Both the position numbers and the translations under genes were made by a program. 54,233 nt of DNA from an uncultured Clostridiaceae bacterium (GTDB lineage: Bacteria; Bacillota; Clostridia; Lachnospirales; Lachnospiraceae): positions 1 to 54,233 of the forward strand of contig CAUCBQ010000001.1 of assembly GCA_958441075.1 (NCBI GenBank), in the 5' to 3' direction. Each line of letters opens with the position of its first letter. Position 1 is the stretch's first letter. Shown piece after piece: positions 39,255-49,332 of the stretch. Under the pieces are notes generated by a model that had not been told where the DNA came from, ran no database searches, and saw nothing but the letters and a program-made list of their open reading frames with translations.

Positions 39255-39394
39255 GATCTTTGTCTCCTTTTGACATATTATTATTATATTACAATTTAAA
39301 TATTTACCATTATATTCGTGAAATGTCTATGCCCTTTTTACGGGGCTTTACATTTTTTATTTATTTTTTTGCTTTTTAAAGCATTTTTACAGAT

Positions 39395-40357
39395 TTACCA
39401 CTCTAAAAGCAGCGCTCCCCAGGTAAGACCTGCCCCGAATCCTGATAACACAACCTTTTCTCCGCGCTTCAGCTTTCCCGCACGGTTCAGCTCATCTAAA
39501 AGGATGGGAACAGAGGCTCCGGATGTATTTCCATAGCGCTCCATATTGGCAGGGAACTTTCCTATATCAACCTTCAGGCGTTTTGCAATGGACTCGATGA
39601 TGCGGTAATTGGCCTGATGGATAATGAAATGGTCAATATCTCCTGTCGTGCAGCCTGTTTCCTCCAGCACCTGGCTGATGCATTCGGGAACCTTCTTTAC
39701 TGCAAACTTAAAGACCTCCTGACCGTCCATAGCCATATATCCAAGCTCCGGCTTCCTTCCCAGAAGGAAGTTTCCGTTAGAACGCGATCCACAGGTAAGA
39801 ACCTCCCCCTTGGCTCCATTAGAATGCATATTTAATCCCAGAATACCGGTTTCCTCCGCTCTTACCACAGCCGCGCCAGCTCCATCTCCAAAAAGAACGC
39901 AGGTTCCACGGTCTGTCCAGTCAACCAGTTTACTGAGCACATCTGCTCCAATTACAAGAACCGTCCTGTATATTCCAGAGGAGATAAAGGCGTGAGCTGT
40001 ACTGAGGGCAAATACAAAGCCGGTGCAGGCCGCGCTGATATCATAACAGGCCGCATGAACTGCTCCGATCTTTGCCTGTACCTCGCAGGCTCCATTGGGG
40101 AAGCAGGAATCCGGTGATGATGTAGCCAGAAGAATCAGGTCAATTTCCTCCGGTGAAATACCCGCCTGCTCAATGGCTCTGGCCGCTGCCTTTGCCGCCA
40201 TATCAGACGTACTGTCCTCTGTGGCAATTCGTCTTTCCCTTATGCCTGTACGGCTGCGAATCCATTCATCATTTGTCTCAACAATCCTTGAAAGATCATC
40301 GTTTGTAACGATCTGTTCCGGCACATACGAGCCGGTTCCTATTATTCTGGTTGTCAT
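39395..40357 (-). CDS. fabH: beta-ketoacyl-ACP synthase III
   Basis: AACTGF, FGDGAGA, HQAN, GNTSGAS, GFGAGLTWG. Confidence 0.96.
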   Translation of the reverse strand: MTTRIIGTGSYVPEQIVTNDDLSRIVETNDEWIRSRTGIRERRIATEDSTSDMAAKAAARAIEQAGISPEEIDLILLATSSPDSCFPNGACEVQAKIGAVHAACYDISAACTGFVFALSTAHAFISSGIYRTVLVIGADVLSKLVDWTDRGTCVLFGDGAGAAVVRAEETGILGLNMHSNGAKGEVLTCGSRSNGNFLLGRKPELGYMAMDGQEVFKFAVKKVPECISQVLEETGCTTGDIDHFIIHQANYRIIESIAKRLKVDIGKFPANMERYGNTSGASVPILLDELNRAGKLKRGEKVVLSGFGAGLTWGALLLEW

Positions 40358-40431
40358 TTTTATTTACCCGGCCCTGAATGAGCGGCTCAAAAGCCTCCGC
40401 TGCCCAAGGGCTGTACCTTCCTTTACTGAAA

Positions 40432-40450
40432 TACTTTGAATCTCAAAGTA
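40432..40450. promoter_or_regulatory. FabT-type operator palindrome
   Basis: TACTTTGA-ATC-TCAAAGTA perfect dyad immediately downstream of the fabH -10. Confidence 0.75.
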
Positions 40451-40479
40451 ATACTACAAGATCATGTAGTCTTTGTCAA
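40451..40479 (-). promoter_or_regulatory. sigma-A promoter of the fab operon
   Basis: TTGACA (40479-40474), 17 bp, TAGTAT (40456-40451). Confidence 0.75.
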
Positions 40480-40632
40480 GTGATTTTAGCCGGAGAAAAT
40501 ATTCCGAATATTTACTAATTTATACCACAATTTACCAATTTAAACTTTTCCATTTATTGACTTTATTTCCGTATTTTGCTACCTTTAAGTTACAGAAGTC
40601 CATAATTTTATACCTACAAAGGAGGTCATGGG

Positions 40633-40899
40633 ATGAAAACCACAGGAGTAATCCGTAAACTGGATGAGCTGGGCAGAATCACGCTTCCTATTGAATTAAG
40701 GAGAAGTCTTGACCTGGACGTCAAAGATGGACTTGAAATTACGGTTCAGGATGACTGCATTATCCTTAAAAAAGCAGAAAGCGCAGATATCTTTACCGGC
40801 AGTACCGAGGATCTGATTGAATACGAGGGAAAGAAGGTTTCCCGCAGTTCCGTTTTAGCTCTGGCAAAACTGGCCGGACTGAATGTAGCAGAAGCCTGA
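40633..40899 (+). CDS. abrB: AbrB-like transition-state regulator (AbrB/MazE/SpoVT family)
   Basis: MKTTGVIRKLDELGRITLPIELRR; convergent with the rsmI operon as in Bacillus synteny. Confidence 0.8.
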   Translation: MKTTGVIRKLDELGRITLPIELRRSLDLDVKDGLEITVQDDCIILKKAESADIFTGSTEDLIEYEGKKVSRSSVLALAKLAGLNVAEA

Positions 40900-40933
40900 T
40901 GGGCGGCTGCAGTCTTTAAAACCTATATAAAAA

Positions 40934-40988
40934 TATCCCCCTGTGCACGCTGTATTGATATGCTCATGTATGCGCAGGGGGATGTTTT
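40934..40988. terminator. bidirectional terminator
   Basis: ATCCCCCTGTGCA ... TGCGCAGGGGGAT flanked by A- and T-tracts, between convergent genes. Confidence 0.65.
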
Positions 40989-40992
40989 GTTA

Positions 40993-41346
40993 TTATATAG
41001 AAAGCTTCCCCCGAATCGCCCTGTGATCATAGGAATCTCCCACTCCGTCTACCTGAGCGATGACGGGAACTCCGTACATCTGTGAAATAACCTGACCTGC
41101 TCCGCAGAAGGTATCGCCGTGACGCTGCATATTTCCGGATACAATCACGCCCTTTAAATGTTTGTGATTTTCTTCTAGAAAAGCAGCTACCACAGGCGGC
41201 ATAACTCCTCTGCCATCGGTATAAGTAAAAAGGATGAAGTCCTGATCCATTGTTTCTGTGCCATCCTTTATCTTCATGGCCTCTAATCCAAGAATGTGAA
41301 CCAGTTCCTCTACATTTCCGCTTCTTGAAGCATATACATATTCCAT
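40993..41346 (-). CDS. nrdI: NrdI-family flavodoxin-like protein
   Basis: YASRSGNV, FILFTYTDGRG..P..V..FL, GVIVSGN, FC.AG..IS..Y.VP. Confidence 0.75.
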   Translation of the reverse strand: MEYVYASRSGNVEELVHILGLEAMKIKDGTETMDQDFILFTYTDGRGVMPPVVAAFLEENHKHLKGVIVSGNMQRHGDTFCGAGQVISQMYGVPVIAQVDGVGDSYDHRAIRGKLSI

Positions 41347-41352
41347 AAATCC

Positions 41353-41835
41353 TTAAAACCTCCTGCTCTGTTCCCTGTTTTTGATTCTGCGGCTTCGCAG
41401 ATGGCCCTTCAGGCTGATAAAAAATCTCGCCATATGAGATGCAAGTATGATACCCAGGGCAATCGCTCCTGCCTCTGTAAGCACCAGCCCCGAGTAGGTT
41501 CCAAATTCTTCCTGATATCCCTGCACCAGATAGTACATAGTGTAGTAAAGCGCCTCTCCCGGAACCTCCGGTATAAGCATGGGAACCAGCAGAAGAATCA
41601 CCGGGGTGCGCAGTATCCGGGCCAGAATCTCGCTTAAGGCCGCCACAAAAAGGCTGGCCGCCAGAAGACCGGCAAATATACTGCACCCCAATGCTCTGCA
41701 TACAAGGTATACCGCCCAGCCTGCACCACTTCCAAGAGCAATCACAGCCAGCTTTCTGCCCCGAACGCCAAAAAGAACTGCAAAGCCAACAGAACCGATC
41801 ATTCCGGTAATGGTCTGTACCACAGAAAAAATCAT
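41353..41835 (-). CDS. threonine/serine exporter family protein (ThrE_2)
   Basis: GFAVLF, LIP.VPG..LY motifs; hydrophobic; start reset to ATG 41835. Confidence 0.85.
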   Translation of the reverse strand: MIFSVVQTITGMIGSVGFAVLFGVRGRKLAVIALGSGAGWAVYLVCRALGCSIFAGLLAASLFVAALSEILARILRTPVILLLVPMLIPEVPGEALYYTMYYLVQGYQEEFGTYSGLVLTEAGAIALGIILASHMARFFISLKGHLRSRRIKNREQSRRF

Positions 41836-42623
41836 ATCGCTCCTCCCCAAATGATAATCACAGCAAAGCCTACAGCTACTGCAACTGCCTTCAAAAGAGC
41901 CTCGCTCATATTGAGAAGTCCGCTGATCATATCTCCGTTTATCATATCTCTCAGAGAGTTGGTAAGCTGAAGCCCCGGAATTACCAGCATAATATCGCCA
42001 ATCATGATCTTGTCCGGCTGTACGCCGATTCCTGCCTTTACCAGCAACAGTACGCATATGGCTGTTACCGCACTGCAGAACATATTCTGGATAATGCTAT
42101 TCAGCCTTAAAACTGCACTTCCATGAAGCGTGGCATACAAAACAGCCCCTGAAATAGCCGCTGCTGCTCCATCCATCAGGGTACCTCCAAAAAATACAGA
42201 CAGAGATGAGGCTATCATCATATGCATTCCCAGCTCCAGGCCCGTGGAAATCCTTTTTCCGTTTTTTATTGCATCAAGTTCGGCCTTTAATTCCTCAACC
42301 CCCACAGGATCAGCGCAGATTCTGCGGGACAGTTCATTTACCTCTGCCACCTTTTCAAGATCTGTATTTCTCGTTCGGATTCGTCTTGTCTGGGTAATGG
42401 TCCTTCCATCCGAAAGCATGGCTGTGACAATAATACTGGATGTTATGGTAAATACGTCAGCCCTCACAAAACCATAAGCCATGCACAGTCTGGTAATCGT
42501 ATCCTCCACCCTGCTTACCTCTGCGCCATGCATGGCAAGCAGTTCTCCCGCATCCATAATCGCTGTCATAAAATATTTCATCCGGTCATACTCATTTTCC
42601 CCGAAAATCATTTCTCTGTTCAT
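41832..42623 (-). CDS. threonine/serine exporter family protein (ThrE)
   Basis: GAEVSRVEDTI, VNELSR, IM..IPG..LTNS.RD...GD..SG. Confidence 0.88.
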   Translation of the reverse strand: MNREMIFGENEYDRMKYFMTAIMDAGELLAMHGAEVSRVEDTITRLCMAYGFVRADVFTITSSIIVTAMLSDGRTITQTRRIRTRNTDLEKVAEVNELSRRICADPVGVEELKAELDAIKNGKRISTGLELGMHMMIASSLSVFFGGTLMDGAAAAISGAVLYATLHGSAVLRLNSIIQNMFCSAVTAICVLLLVKAGIGVQPDKIMIGDIMLVIPGLQLTNSLRDMINGDMISGLLNMSEALLKAVAVAVGFAVIIIWGGAI

Positions 42624-42656
42624 GTTTATACCATCCTCGGACAGCCCGTTTTCCTG

Positions 42657-43502
42657 TTACAGCAATCCCTGATACACGTCCCTTTTCGATATCCCCCGGT
42701 CCTTTGCAACTGCTTTCATTGCTTCTTTCTTATCCATCCCCTGAGCCAGATAATGCTCCATATGCTCTTCCAGCGTCAGAGCTTCCCAGGACTGCCTTGC
42801 TTCTTCCTGAATTTCCTGAACAGAACGGCCCCGGATCACGATTACGCACTCGCCCTTAGGTTCTTCCTCCTCATATACAGTCAGAGCCTCCGTAAATGAC
42901 GTTCTCCAGGCACTTTCAAACCGCTTTGTCAGCTCTCGGCAGATCGTAATATCCCTGTCTCCCATTGCCTCGTACAGATCCTTAAGGGTACTCTTTAAAT
43001 GGTGGGGCGCTTCATACAAGATAATGGTTCTGGTTTCATTTTTCAGTTCTTCCAAAATCCTCTGGCGCTCCTTTTTATCGCTCTTTTCCGCAGGCAGAAA
43101 AGCCTCAAAGCAGAACCGCCTGGTGGGAAGACCCGACATGGTAAGAGCCGTAATACAGGCAGCCGGCCCCGGAAGAGAGGTCACTGCAATCCCGGCCTCA
43201 TGGCACTGACGTACCAGCTCTTCTCCAGGATCGGAAATACCCGGTGTTCCCGCATCTGTAATCAGGGCAATATTTACCCCTTCCTTTAGCTTTTCCACCA
43301 GATATTTTGCCTTGTCTACCTTATTGTATTCGTGATAGCTGGTCATAGGCGTCTTTATCCCCAGATGATTTAACAGCTTAATGCTGTGACGGGTATCCTC
43401 TGCTGCAATCAGATCTGCCTCTTCCAGCGTCCGCACAACCCGATAGGTGATATCCTCCAGATTTCCAATAGGCGTTGCACACAAATATAATATTCCTGCC
43501 AT
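42657..43502 (-). CDS. rsmI: 16S rRNA (cytidine1402-2'-O)-methyltransferase
   Basis: ATPIGNLED, AEDTR, DAGTPGISDPG, YEAPH, RELTK. Confidence 0.96.
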   Translation of the reverse strand: MAGILYLCATPIGNLEDITYRVVRTLEEADLIAAEDTRHSIKLLNHLGIKTPMTSYHEYNKVDKAKYLVEKLKEGVNIALITDAGTPGISDPGEELVRQCHEAGIAVTSLPGPAACITALTMSGLPTRRFCFEAFLPAEKSDKKERQRILEELKNETRTIILYEAPHHLKSTLKDLYEAMGDRDITICRELTKRFESAWRTSFTEALTVYEEEEPKGECVIVIRGRSVQEIQEEARQSWEALTLEEHMEHYLAQGMDKKEAMKAVAKDRGISKRDVYQGLL

Positions 43503-43516
43503 GGTTCCAGCTCCTT

Positions 43517-44287
43517 TCAGTACCCGTAGGTAGTCCGTATTTCTTCGGAATATTCTCCGTTTTCGTCAAATACAATCACCGGCGCCTCTGCTTTTAAGAG
43601 AGCGCCGCCGCCGCGGACCGCCTCAATCAGCACCATATTGGCCTCCCTGTCCCTGTATGGATGGACAAACTTCATTCGCTTGGGCTCCAGACCGTGATTT
43701 TTCATGGTCTGGATAATTTCAATCAGCCGTCTTGGCCTGTGAACCATATAAAAACGGCCCCCCGGACGCAGCAGACGGGTTCCCTCCCTCACCACGTCCT
43801 CCAATGTACAGAGTACCTCATGGCGGGCGATGGCCTTGGCGTCTCCGGGATTTTTGATGCCGTGAGCGTCATTCATATAGGGCGGATTGCTGGTCACTAC
43901 ATCAAAAGAAGCCCGGGCAAAGAGCATCCCGGCCTCCTTTATGTCGCCTGTTACAATATCCACCTTTCCCTCCAGCCGGTTATATGCCACGCTTCTGCGG
44001 GCCATATCTGCGGATTCCTCCTGGATTTCCAATCCTGTAAAATGTTCTCCCTCCGTTTTGGCGCTTAAAAGAATAGGGATAATCCCGGTTCCTGTTCCCA
44101 GATCCAGAACCCGTTCCCCCTTCTTTACCGCCGCAAAGCCTGAGAGCAACACCGCATCCATTCCAAAGCAGAACGCTCCCTTTCTCTGGATGATCCCATA
44201 ATGATTCCTCTGCAGGTCATCAATCCGTTCATCGTCCCGCAGGCGGATTCCGCCTGCTTCCGTCCAGGTATGCTCTTTATTTATCAT
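43517..44287 (-). CDS. tRNA1(Val) (adenine37-N6)-methyltransferase (YabB/TrmN-like)
   Basis: DAVLL, LDLGTGTG, NPPY, ARHE. Confidence 0.9.
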   Translation of the reverse strand: MINKEHTWTEAGGIRLRDDERIDDLQRNHYGIIQRKGAFCFGMDAVLLSGFAAVKKGERVLDLGTGTGIIPILLSAKTEGEHFTGLEIQEESADMARRSVAYNRLEGKVDIVTGDIKEAGMLFARASFDVVTSNPPYMNDAHGIKNPGDAKAIARHEVLCTLEDVVREGTRLLRPGGRFYMVHRPRRLIEIIQTMKNHGLEPKRMKFVHPYRDREANMVLIEAVRGGGALLKAEAPVIVFDENGEYSEEIRTTYGY

Positions 44288-45212
44288 TGAGCTTTGACTT
44301 TCCTTCCTTTTTCTCCAGTGCTTCCAGTTTTTTCAGCTCCGTATCCGAATTTCCGCCGTCTTTAGCAGGGCGCTCCCCGTTTTTGCCCTTTTTCTTTCTG
44401 GGCTTAAACTTCAGCTCCTCTACCCTGTACTCACGAATCTCCTTCTCATCCCGGTCAACAACCACCACAACCTTTACAAGCTGACGCAGCACATTGACGC
44501 TGTGTACCTCTCCCTTTAAGCCGTCTGACGTTGTCACATAATCTCCAATCGCCGGAAGCCTGCTGTTTAACACCTCGTAGGTTTCTTCCTCATTTTTCAG
44601 GCAGCACATAAGACGGCCGCAGACACCTGAAATCTTGGTGGGATTTAAGGAAAGATTCTGCTCCTTTGCCATCTTGATTGATACGGGAATAAACTCGGAC
44701 AGATAGGAATGGCAGCACAGGGGCCTTCCACAGATTCCGATTCCGCCCATGATCTTTGTTTCATCCCTCACGCCTACCTGACGCAGCTCGATTCTGGTCT
44801 TAAATACACTTGCCAGATCCTTTACAAGCTCTCTGAAATCAATCCTTCCATCTGCTGTAAAATAAAACAGCACCTTGTTGTTGTCAAAGGTATATTCTGC
44901 ATCAATCAATTTCATCTCAAGCTTGTGCTTGCGGATCTTCTCCTGACAGATTTTAAACGCCTCTTTTTCCTTTTCCTTATTCCGGGTTTCCACTGCCCGG
45001 TCCTCGTCTGTAGCCATACGGATCACCGGCTTTAACGGCGGAACCACTTTTCCTTCCTCTACCTCCCGGTTTCCAAGCACTACATAACCGTATTCAATGC
45101 CCCTTGCCGTTTCAACGATCACATGATCGCCGGTTTTTATATCGCGGCCCGCCGGGTCAAAATAGTAAATTTTTCCTGCGGTCCGAAAACGAACGCCGAT
45201 AACTGTCAACAT
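44277..45212 (-). CDS. PSP1-domain stage 0 sporulation family protein (YaaT/RicT-like)
   Basis: GKIYYF, RIDFRELVKDL, GICGRPLCC, SGVCGRLMCCL. Confidence 0.92.
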   Translation of the reverse strand: MLTVIGVRFRTAGKIYYFDPAGRDIKTGDHVIVETARGIEYGYVVLGNREVEEGKVVPPLKPVIRMATDEDRAVETRNKEKEKEAFKICQEKIRKHKLEMKLIDAEYTFDNNKVLFYFTADGRIDFRELVKDLASVFKTRIELRQVGVRDETKIMGGIGICGRPLCCHSYLSEFIPVSIKMAKEQNLSLNPTKISGVCGRLMCCLKNEEETYEVLNSRLPAIGDYVTTSDGLKGEVHSVNVLRQLVKVVVVVDRDEKEIREYRVEELKFKPRKKKGKNGERPAKDGGNSDTELKKLEALEKKEGKSKLNDK

Positions 45213-45245
45213 AAATTCTCCTTTATACTGTATTTGCTGTCACTT

Positions 45246-46235
45246 TCAGTTTTCCTTCATCACAAGGAGCATAAGCTCCATCACAAGCTCCATATTTACA
45301 TTGGCATCCAGACGTACTCTGGCCTTATCAATGGCTGCCAGTATCCGTTCCATCCCCTCATATCCGCTTAAAGCTGCGATCTGTTTTACAGTAGAAAACT
45401 CATCTTTAAAGATCAGAAGATTAATATCCTTTGTAGTCTTATACATCAGAATATCTCTGTACCACATCTGCATAAAATCCAGACAGTCATGAAGCTCCAG
45501 ATTGTCCTCCTTTAATTTGCGGATATAATTTAACAGTTCAGAAATATCCATATCCTTTAAGTGCTTTAAAAGATGAAGGATTTCCTCATACATGAGCTTA
45601 AACTCCTCCGAATCCGCCAGATGAATAGCCTTTCCCAGATTTCCTCTGGCAAAGGCAGCATAGATCTCAGCCTGGGACTCTTCCACCTTTAATGACTGTA
45701 TCAGATATTCCTTTACCACCGAATCACGCAGGGGCTTAAGCTTCAGCTGTACGCACCTGGAAAGAATGGTGGGAAGGAAGGCGTCCGGATTCGTAGTAAG
45801 AAGCAGAATCACTGCATAGGAGGGCGGCTCTTCAATGGTTTTAAGAAGGGCATTCTGAGCCTGAACCGTCATTTTTTCCGCTTCATCTACAATGTAAATC
45901 TTATAATAGCTGCTGTAGGGCCGGACCATAATCGTATTATTAATCTGTTCCCTGATATCATCCACGCCAATACTGGCAGGTTTTTCATGGGTCACATAGA
46001 TCAGATCCGGATGATTGCCCGAAAGCACCTGCTTACAGGCATGGCACTGCATACAGGGCTCCTGTTTTCCCTTTTCACACAAAAGGCTCAGCGCAAAGGC
46101 ATTTGCAAGGGATTTACGTCCCATTCCCGCTTCACCGCTGAGTATATACGCATGAGAGACCTTCCCTGTTTCCACTGCATTTTTAAAATGCTCTTTAATC
46201 TGCTCATGTCCCAGAATATCCTTAAAAACCAGCAT
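45246..46235 (-). CDS. holB: DNA polymerase III subunit delta'
   Basis: HAYIL.G..G.G, PC..C.AC, HPD, AQNALLKTIEEPP, LPTILSRC. Confidence 0.93.
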   Translation of the reverse strand: MLVFKDILGHEQIKEHFKNAVETGKVSHAYILSGEAGMGRKSLANAFALSLLCEKGKQEPCMQCHACKQVLSGNHPDLIYVTHEKPASIGVDDIREQINNTIMVRPYSSYYKIYIVDEAEKMTVQAQNALLKTIEEPPSYAVILLLTTNPDAFLPTILSRCVQLKLKPLRDSVVKEYLIQSLKVEESQAEIYAAFARGNLGKAIHLADSEEFKLMYEEILHLLKHLKDMDISELLNYIRKLKEDNLELHDCLDFMQMWYRDILMYKTTKDINLLIFKDEFSTVKQIAALSGYEGMERILAAIDKARVRLDANVNMELVMELMLLVMKEN

Positions 46236-46317
46236 CTGCCATACCCCCTTTGGTTGCTTTTTATGCTTTAACCAGTATAGCATAACTTAATTTTGATGTA
46301 TAGCCTTTTAATATGGC

Positions 46318-46363
46318 AAAAAGCCTGTACAGGCCGCACTTCTCTGCAGCCTGCACAGACTTT
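46318..46363 (-). terminator. intrinsic terminator after uxu operon
   Basis: AAAGTCTGTGCAGGC / GCCTGTACAGGCTTT stem (G-U pairs) plus T-tract on the minus strand. Confidence 0.65.
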
Positions 46364-46387
46364 CCGACTGTTTTTATTAAATTCAAA

Positions 46388-47998
46388 TTATGCCAGATAT
46401 TTCTTCAGAACGTTTCTGACAGCGCCCGGTCCGGCAATTTCTTCTAAGAACATCTCTTCAATCCGCTCTCCGATACCGGCTTCATAAAGATCAATACCAA
46501 AAATATTTGCGTTTGATAAAATGCTCTTTAACTGACCGGTATAGGTCTCCGGCTTTCCTACCACAATTCCCTCCAGCTGCTTTGTCAGTTCAGGAACCAT
46601 AGGGTCGGCAGACAGCTCAAATGCCTTGCCTTCATCATCTACTGCCAGAAGGTAACGGCACCAGCCTGCGATTGCCAGAGGAATTGCAGTCAGCTTCTTC
46701 GCATCGCCGTACTGCGCTACATAAGATTTGATTGTCTCGCCATAGCGGATACCTACCTTCTGGGATGTATCAGTTGCGATACGCTGAGGTGTATCAGGCA
46801 TAAATGGATTCGGAATTCTTACCTGAATTACTTCATTTACAAAATCTACAGGAGAAAGAATGCCCGGATCTGTAACAACCGGCATACCCTCTACAGGACC
46901 GATCTGATGTACAAGCTTATTCAGCTGCTCATCCTTCATCTCATCTGCAATCAGGTCATATCCCAGTACGCAGCCATAAACGGCAAGAGCGGTATGGAGC
47001 GGATTCAGACAGGTTGTTACCTTCATACGCTCTACCTTATTTACCGTATCACGGTCTGTCATATATACGCCGGCCTTCTCAAGAGCAGGTCTTCCATTGG
47101 GGAATTTATCCTCGATAACCAGATACTGGGGTCCCTCTGCATTGACAAAAGGAGCAATGTAGGTCTTTTTGGAAGTAATAACCGGAGCCATATCCTCAAT
47201 TCCGGCCTTTTCCAGCTCCTGGCATACAGAGTCAGCAGGTCTTGGGGTAATTTTATCAATCATGGACCATGGGAAGGAAACCTGTGCCTCATCTGTGATG
47301 TAGGCTACAAAATCATCCTCTACAAAGCCCTTTTTGCTCCACTCTTTTGCCATGGTTACGATAGAGCTCTGGAGCTTCTCGCCATTATGAGAGCAGTTAT
47401 CCATGGAAACCACTGCCAGAGGATACTTTCCTGCCTTATAGCGCTCATAAAGCAGAGCGCACACAACTGCCATGGCAGAACCTGCCTTCTCCGGTCCGTT
47501 ATCAATATCAGCCTGAATGAACGGGAAATAAGAGCCGTCTGCTCCCTTTAATGCATATCCCTTTTCTGTAATGGTAAAGGAAATCATCTGCAGGCCGGGA
47601 TTTACAAAAATCTCTTTCAGGCGGTTCCACTGGGATGCGTCGTTAGACTGTGCCTTGATAGCCTCTGTTAAGGAACCCAGCACTCTCTTATCGGTTGAAC
47701 CGTCAGCCTTTAAGGTTACTGCCAGAACCAGATTGTCATAGGGTGCATAAATCTTGTCAACAACGTCAAAATCGAAGGTTTCAACACAGGTAATTCCCTT
47801 TGAAGCTTCGCCATTTGCAATTAAAGTATCTGCAATGCCGCCGATAAAGATACGGAAGATATTTCCGGCTCCAAAATGAACCCAGACCGGAGACTTCTTT
47901 GTTTCTTCTGCAACTGCTGCAATGTCATATGCAGGAAGAGCGACTCCCGCTTTCTCCCACTGTTCTTTTTCTTTTAAGCCGTTTAATGTTAATTTCAT
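46388..47998 (-). CDS. mannitol dehydrogenase family protein (probable D-mannonate oxidoreductase, UxuB function)
   Basis: VHFGAGNIFR, TITEKGY, SMDN, MIDKITP, LNPLH; co-transcribed with uxuA. Confidence 0.85.
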   Translation of the reverse strand: MKLTLNGLKEKEQWEKAGVALPAYDIAAVAEETKKSPVWVHFGAGNIFRIFIGGIADTLIANGEASKGITCVETFDFDVVDKIYAPYDNLVLAVTLKADGSTDKRVLGSLTEAIKAQSNDASQWNRLKEIFVNPGLQMISFTITEKGYALKGADGSYFPFIQADIDNGPEKAGSAMAVVCALLYERYKAGKYPLAVVSMDNCSHNGEKLQSSIVTMAKEWSKKGFVEDDFVAYITDEAQVSFPWSMIDKITPRPADSVCQELEKAGIEDMAPVITSKKTYIAPFVNAEGPQYLVIEDKFPNGRPALEKAGVYMTDRDTVNKVERMKVTTCLNPLHTALAVYGCVLGYDLIADEMKDEQLNKLVHQIGPVEGMPVVTDPGILSPVDFVNEVIQVRIPNPFMPDTPQRIATDTSQKVGIRYGETIKSYVAQYGDAKKLTAIPLAIAGWCRYLLAVDDEGKAFELSADPMVPELTKQLEGIVVGKPETYTGQLKSILSNANIFGIDLYEAGIGERIEEMFLEEIAGPGAVRNVLKKYLA

Positions 47999-48000
47999 TC

Positions 48001-49074
48001 TTAACCCCTCTTTGCGTTCTTGTCAATTGCTTCCCAAAGACCCTGAAGATAGCAGGCTCCCAACGCTCTGTCATACAGACCATATCCCGGCATAGCAACC
48101 TCTCCCCAGATCATTCTTCCGTGGTCAGGACGGATGCAGCCGTCAAATCCGGTGTCGTATAAGGTCTTCATGATCTCATACATATCCTTGGAGCCGTCAG
48201 AGGACAGGTGAGCAGCCTCCTCGAAATCTCTGTCGCTGTTATACTTTACATTTCTTACATGGGCAAATGGAATTCTGCCCTTTGCCATACGGATAATCTC
48301 ACAGATATCATTTTCAGGATTGGAACCCAGAGAACCTGTACACAGAGTTAAGCCGTTGTATGGCTTGTCCACTGCCTTTAACAGACGCTCGATTGTCTCC
48401 TTATTTCTCACGATTCTTGGAAGTCCGAAAATAGGCCATGCCGGATCATCCTGATGAATTCCCATATGGATGTCGTATTTCTCACATACCGGGCCGATTG
48501 CCTCCAGGAAATATACCAGATTGTTAAACAGTTTCTCTGAATCTACATCTTTATATGCATCAAATAATGCTTTCAGCTTTTCAAGACGCTCTGGCTCCCA
48601 GCCTGGCATTACAAAGCCGTTGGACATCTTTTCAATGGACTCTCTCATATGCTCAGGATCAATCTGGTCAATCACATCCTGATTATATGCAAGCACGGTA
48701 GAGCCGTCGGGTCTTTTTCTGGCAAGATCAGAACGGGTCCAGTCAAATACAGGCATAAAGTTGTAGCATACCATATGAATGCCTGCTTTTCCCAGATTCT
48801 CAAGGGTTGTAATATAGTTCTTAATGTGCTCGTCACGCTTTTCAGTTCCGATCTTAATATCATCAGAAACATTTACGGATTCAATACCCATAATAGACAG
48901 GCCGGCATCCTCAACCGTCTTCTTTAACTCTGCGATCTCTGCCTCTTCCCATACCTCTCCGGGCATCTTTCCCATAAGAGTTGTGATAACTCCCTTTACT
49001 CCGGGGATCTGACGGATCTGCTCCAGAGTTACACTGTCATAGCCTGGTCCATACCAACGTAATGTCATGTTCAT
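48001..49074 (-). CDS. uxuA: mannonate dehydratase
   Basis: LRWYG, CYNFMPVFDWTR, H.DDP, CTGSLG, RPDHGR, PGYGLYDRALG. Confidence 0.96.
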   Translation of the reverse strand: MNMTLRWYGPGYDSVTLEQIRQIPGVKGVITTLMGKMPGEVWEEAEIAELKKTVEDAGLSIMGIESVNVSDDIKIGTEKRDEHIKNYITTLENLGKAGIHMVCYNFMPVFDWTRSDLARKRPDGSTVLAYNQDVIDQIDPEHMRESIEKMSNGFVMPGWEPERLEKLKALFDAYKDVDSEKLFNNLVYFLEAIGPVCEKYDIHMGIHQDDPAWPIFGLPRIVRNKETIERLLKAVDKPYNGLTLCTGSLGSNPENDICEIIRMAKGRIPFAHVRNVKYNSDRDFEEAAHLSSDGSKDMYEIMKTLYDTGFDGCIRPDHGRMIWGEVAMPGYGLYDRALGACYLQGLWEAIDKNAKRG

Positions 49075-49136
49075 AATGTTCTACCTCCATATATTTAATT
49101 TTGTTGCTTCATCATTTTGGGCCTGATAACGCTCTT

Positions 49137-49289
49137 ACTTGTATGGTAGTATAAAATTGCAAATTGTTCAATATGTAATTTTTTATAAAAATTGACCATC
49201 TGATTTATTTATTCTGTACATATTATTTTTTATACCTCTCATATATTGACTTTTGTCCCGTTGAGTTTTAGTATAGGTAGTATGTAAGT
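49137..49289. promoter_or_regulatory. divergent promoters with GntR-type boxes
   Basis: ACTTGTATGGTAGT (49137-49150) overlaps minus-strand TTGAAC-17-TACCAT; GGTAGTATGTAAGT (49276-49289) follows plus-strand TTGACT-17-TAGTAT. Confidence 0.5.
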
Positions 49290-49332
49290 TGTTCAATAAA
49301 ACCCGTTATCGGCAAAAGGAGTGTGTATTTTA

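Noticed and set aside
40480..40632. Spo0A boxes upstream of the abrB-like gene
   Set aside because: No TGNCGAA match found in this interval
41027..41701. 224-aa alternative-frame ORF overlapping thrE_2 and nrdI
   Set aside because: Same-strand shadow frame of two recognisable genes; no motif or RBS
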